The translations under genes and the position numbers were made by a program. A stretch of DNA of 50,540 nt from an uncultured archaeon (GTDB lineage Archaea; Thermoplasmatota; Penumbrarchaeia; JASLWR01): NCBI GenBank assembly GCA_964342815.1, contig CAYFHS010000028.1, forward strand, positions 1 to 50,540, in the 5' to 3' direction. Of the stretch, positions 49,069 through 50,540 are shown one piece after another (the first letter of the stretch is position 1; every line of letters begins with the position of its first letter). Below the pieces are notes generated by a model. The model was not told the origin of the DNA. It searched no databases and was given only the letters and a program-made list of their open reading frames with translations.

Positions 49069-50082
49069 TTACAATGTCGTGAGGGAATCGATTAATCTGA
49101 CATAATGAAGATTTGTATCAACAAGTACTAATCCCTTGTCATTATTGGTACTCTGTAGAAGGTTGCCTTTAATTTCGATTCGGTCTCCTTTCCTGACTAA
49201 TCGTGCAGTATTGATCAATGAAAGAATGTCAATAGTTTTTGGAATGATGTCAATTTCATGAGAGCCTTTTATAACAATATCGGATAATGTAAAAATACTT
49301 GGGAGTAATATTGATTTTTTATCATCGATAACAGAGCCATTTATTACTATGTCTTCATAAAGTAGTTTCTTATCAATTTCCGGGAATTGATCAAAATTAT
49401 CTTTATCGAGAAAATATAAATCAATTTTACGATTATTCCAAAGAATTTTAAAATTGAATCTTCTTGATTTCCTTAATAGCTCACTATACGTGAAATTATT
49501 ATTAGATGAATTAATATAAAAAAAATCTTTAAATGGTCCTTTCACATGCCAACTTAAACCTTCATGGGGAGTTTGTAATTTATTTTCACCCTTTAGTTCT
49601 GTTATGATATCATTTATCAATTTAATATTGTTTATACCATATATAGTAATATCAATATCCGAATTTGGGCGCTCCTTTCCAATGCATAAAGATCCAGTAA
49701 CACCAAAATATTTTTTTTTCACACCCGAAACTTTAGAGATAATATCTACAAACTTCACAGCATTTCGTTCTAATTCTGTTTTTGGATTATTAATAATATC
49801 CAGTAATCTTTTTCGACAATTGAAAACATTTATAATATTTTCCGCATGTTCATAAGGCATTTTTGACGCCCAATATGGACAATCATCTAATTTAAAGCGA
49901 CTATCATCCAATCCTTTTAATATTAAATTCAAATTCCTTTCAGCATAAAGTTTTTCTTCAAATCTATCCTCTTTTGCTTTAGGAATACCATATATTTTTC
50001 CAGAACTTTGATTATTTAATATACTAAAATAGTAATATCTATGTTCTGTCAAGAAAATGTCTGCAAAATTTACTTCTATCAT
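49069..50082 (-). CDS. Pol-beta-superfamily nucleotidyltransferase (COG1665-like); AT-rich
   Basis: FGVTGSLCIG-x5-DIDITIYG, the GS...DxD signature. Confidence 0.78.
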   Translation of the reverse strand: MIEVNFADIFLTEHRYYYFSILNNQSSGKIYGIPKAKEDRFEEKLYAERNLNLILKGLDDSRFKLDDCPYWASKMPYEHAENIINVFNCRKRLLDIINNPKTELERNAVKFVDIISKVSGVKKKYFGVTGSLCIGKERPNSDIDITIYGINNIKLINDIITELKGENKLQTPHEGLSWHVKGPFKDFFYINSSNNNFTYSELLRKSRRFNFKILWNNRKIDLYFLDKDNFDQFPEIDKKLLYEDIVINGSVIDDKKSILLPSIFTLSDIVIKGSHEIDIIPKTIDILSLINTARLVRKGDRIEIKGNLLQSTNNDKGLVLVDTNLHYVRLIDSLTTL

Positions 50083-50109
50083 ATGCCATCCTCTTTCCGA
50101 TCATAATAA

Positions 50110-50540
50110 TTATAATTTTTTAATATCTTTTCTATAGCCAAGGATATAAACCGCGATTGCAACAACCGCTGCTATACCAGAGGTAATAGAATAAATTAGA
50201 TTTGGAGAATTGGATGAGATATTTGTAATTATTAGGCCAGCCACAAGTCCAACGGTAGTCCCCATTAAACCACCAATTATTCCTGGATATCGTTTTTTTA
50301 TCTTGTTTAACTTTTTATTATCATCAGTTAAGTTCCTCTTTTTCTCGATTAATATATCCCTTTCCTCGATTAATATATCCCTTTCCTCGATTAATGTCCT
50401 CCTTTCCTCATTTAACAATTTCTTATTATTAATCAAACTTTTCATTTTAACATTTATTTTCGAAAAATATTTTACTGGAGAATAGATTGGCCTTGACGCT
50501 AAACTAATATCCAAACAAAAATTCTTTACAAGCCAGTGCT
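50110..50540 (-). CDS. 5'-truncated protein with coiled-coil and two C-terminal TM helices
   Basis: The frame stays open past the TTG at 50514 to the window edge (…HWLVKNFCLDISL…), so the real start is outside the window. Heptad repeats and two hydrophobic helices. Confidence 0.75.
   Translation of the reverse strand, partial: HWLVKNFCLDISLASRPIYSPVKYFSKINVKMKSLINNKKLLNEERRTLIEERDILIEERDILIEKKRNLTDDNKKLNKIKKRYPGIIGGLMGTTVGLVAGLIITNISSNSPNLIYSITSGIAAVVAIAVYILGYRKDIKKL
50344..50406. repeat. 21-bp tandem repeat x3 (in-frame heptad)
   Basis: CTCGATTAATATATCCCTTTC twice exactly, plus a 17/21 copy; encodes EERRTLI-EERDILI-EERDILI. Confidence 0.9.

Larger units (their letters stand above)
47780..50540. 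other. AT-rich, probably horizontally acquired island (left boundary visible)
   Basis: Hand counts: line 47101 has 33/60 G+C, while line 47821 has 10/60 and line 48301 has 13/60. The shift occurs just upstream of the SagB-like start. Confidence 0.7.

Overview
Gene-dense archaeal chromosome segment, most consistent with Thermoplasmatota. That assignment is an inference from the Nop5 N-terminal style, DUF131, DUF835, proteasome alpha, geranylgeranyl reductase, PycBA and the many PKD/beta-helix surface proteins. Left edge: the 5' start of a probable tyrosine integrase beside tRNA-Pro(CGG), followed by a tRNA-acceptor-like hairpin and an AT-rich orphan gene. Core: five giant single-pass surface proteins, four with distinct cytoplasmic tail modules (two Zn ribbons, WGR-like, longin-like); two M28 peptidases; a BtrH-like peptidase; nop5; pycB-pycA; an HK / receiver / PAS-DUF835-wHTH signalling operon; xth coupled to a DUF2779 nuclease-like gene; pyrBI; YunC; GGR; a divergent proteasome alpha next to XPD; a SagB-like oxidoreductase. 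Right edge: from about 47780 a sharply AT-rich island (enolase-superfamily enzyme, nucleotidyltransferase, truncated coiled-coil membrane protein). No CRISPR array or rRNA seen. All family assignments come from motif recognition by eye, not from database searches.
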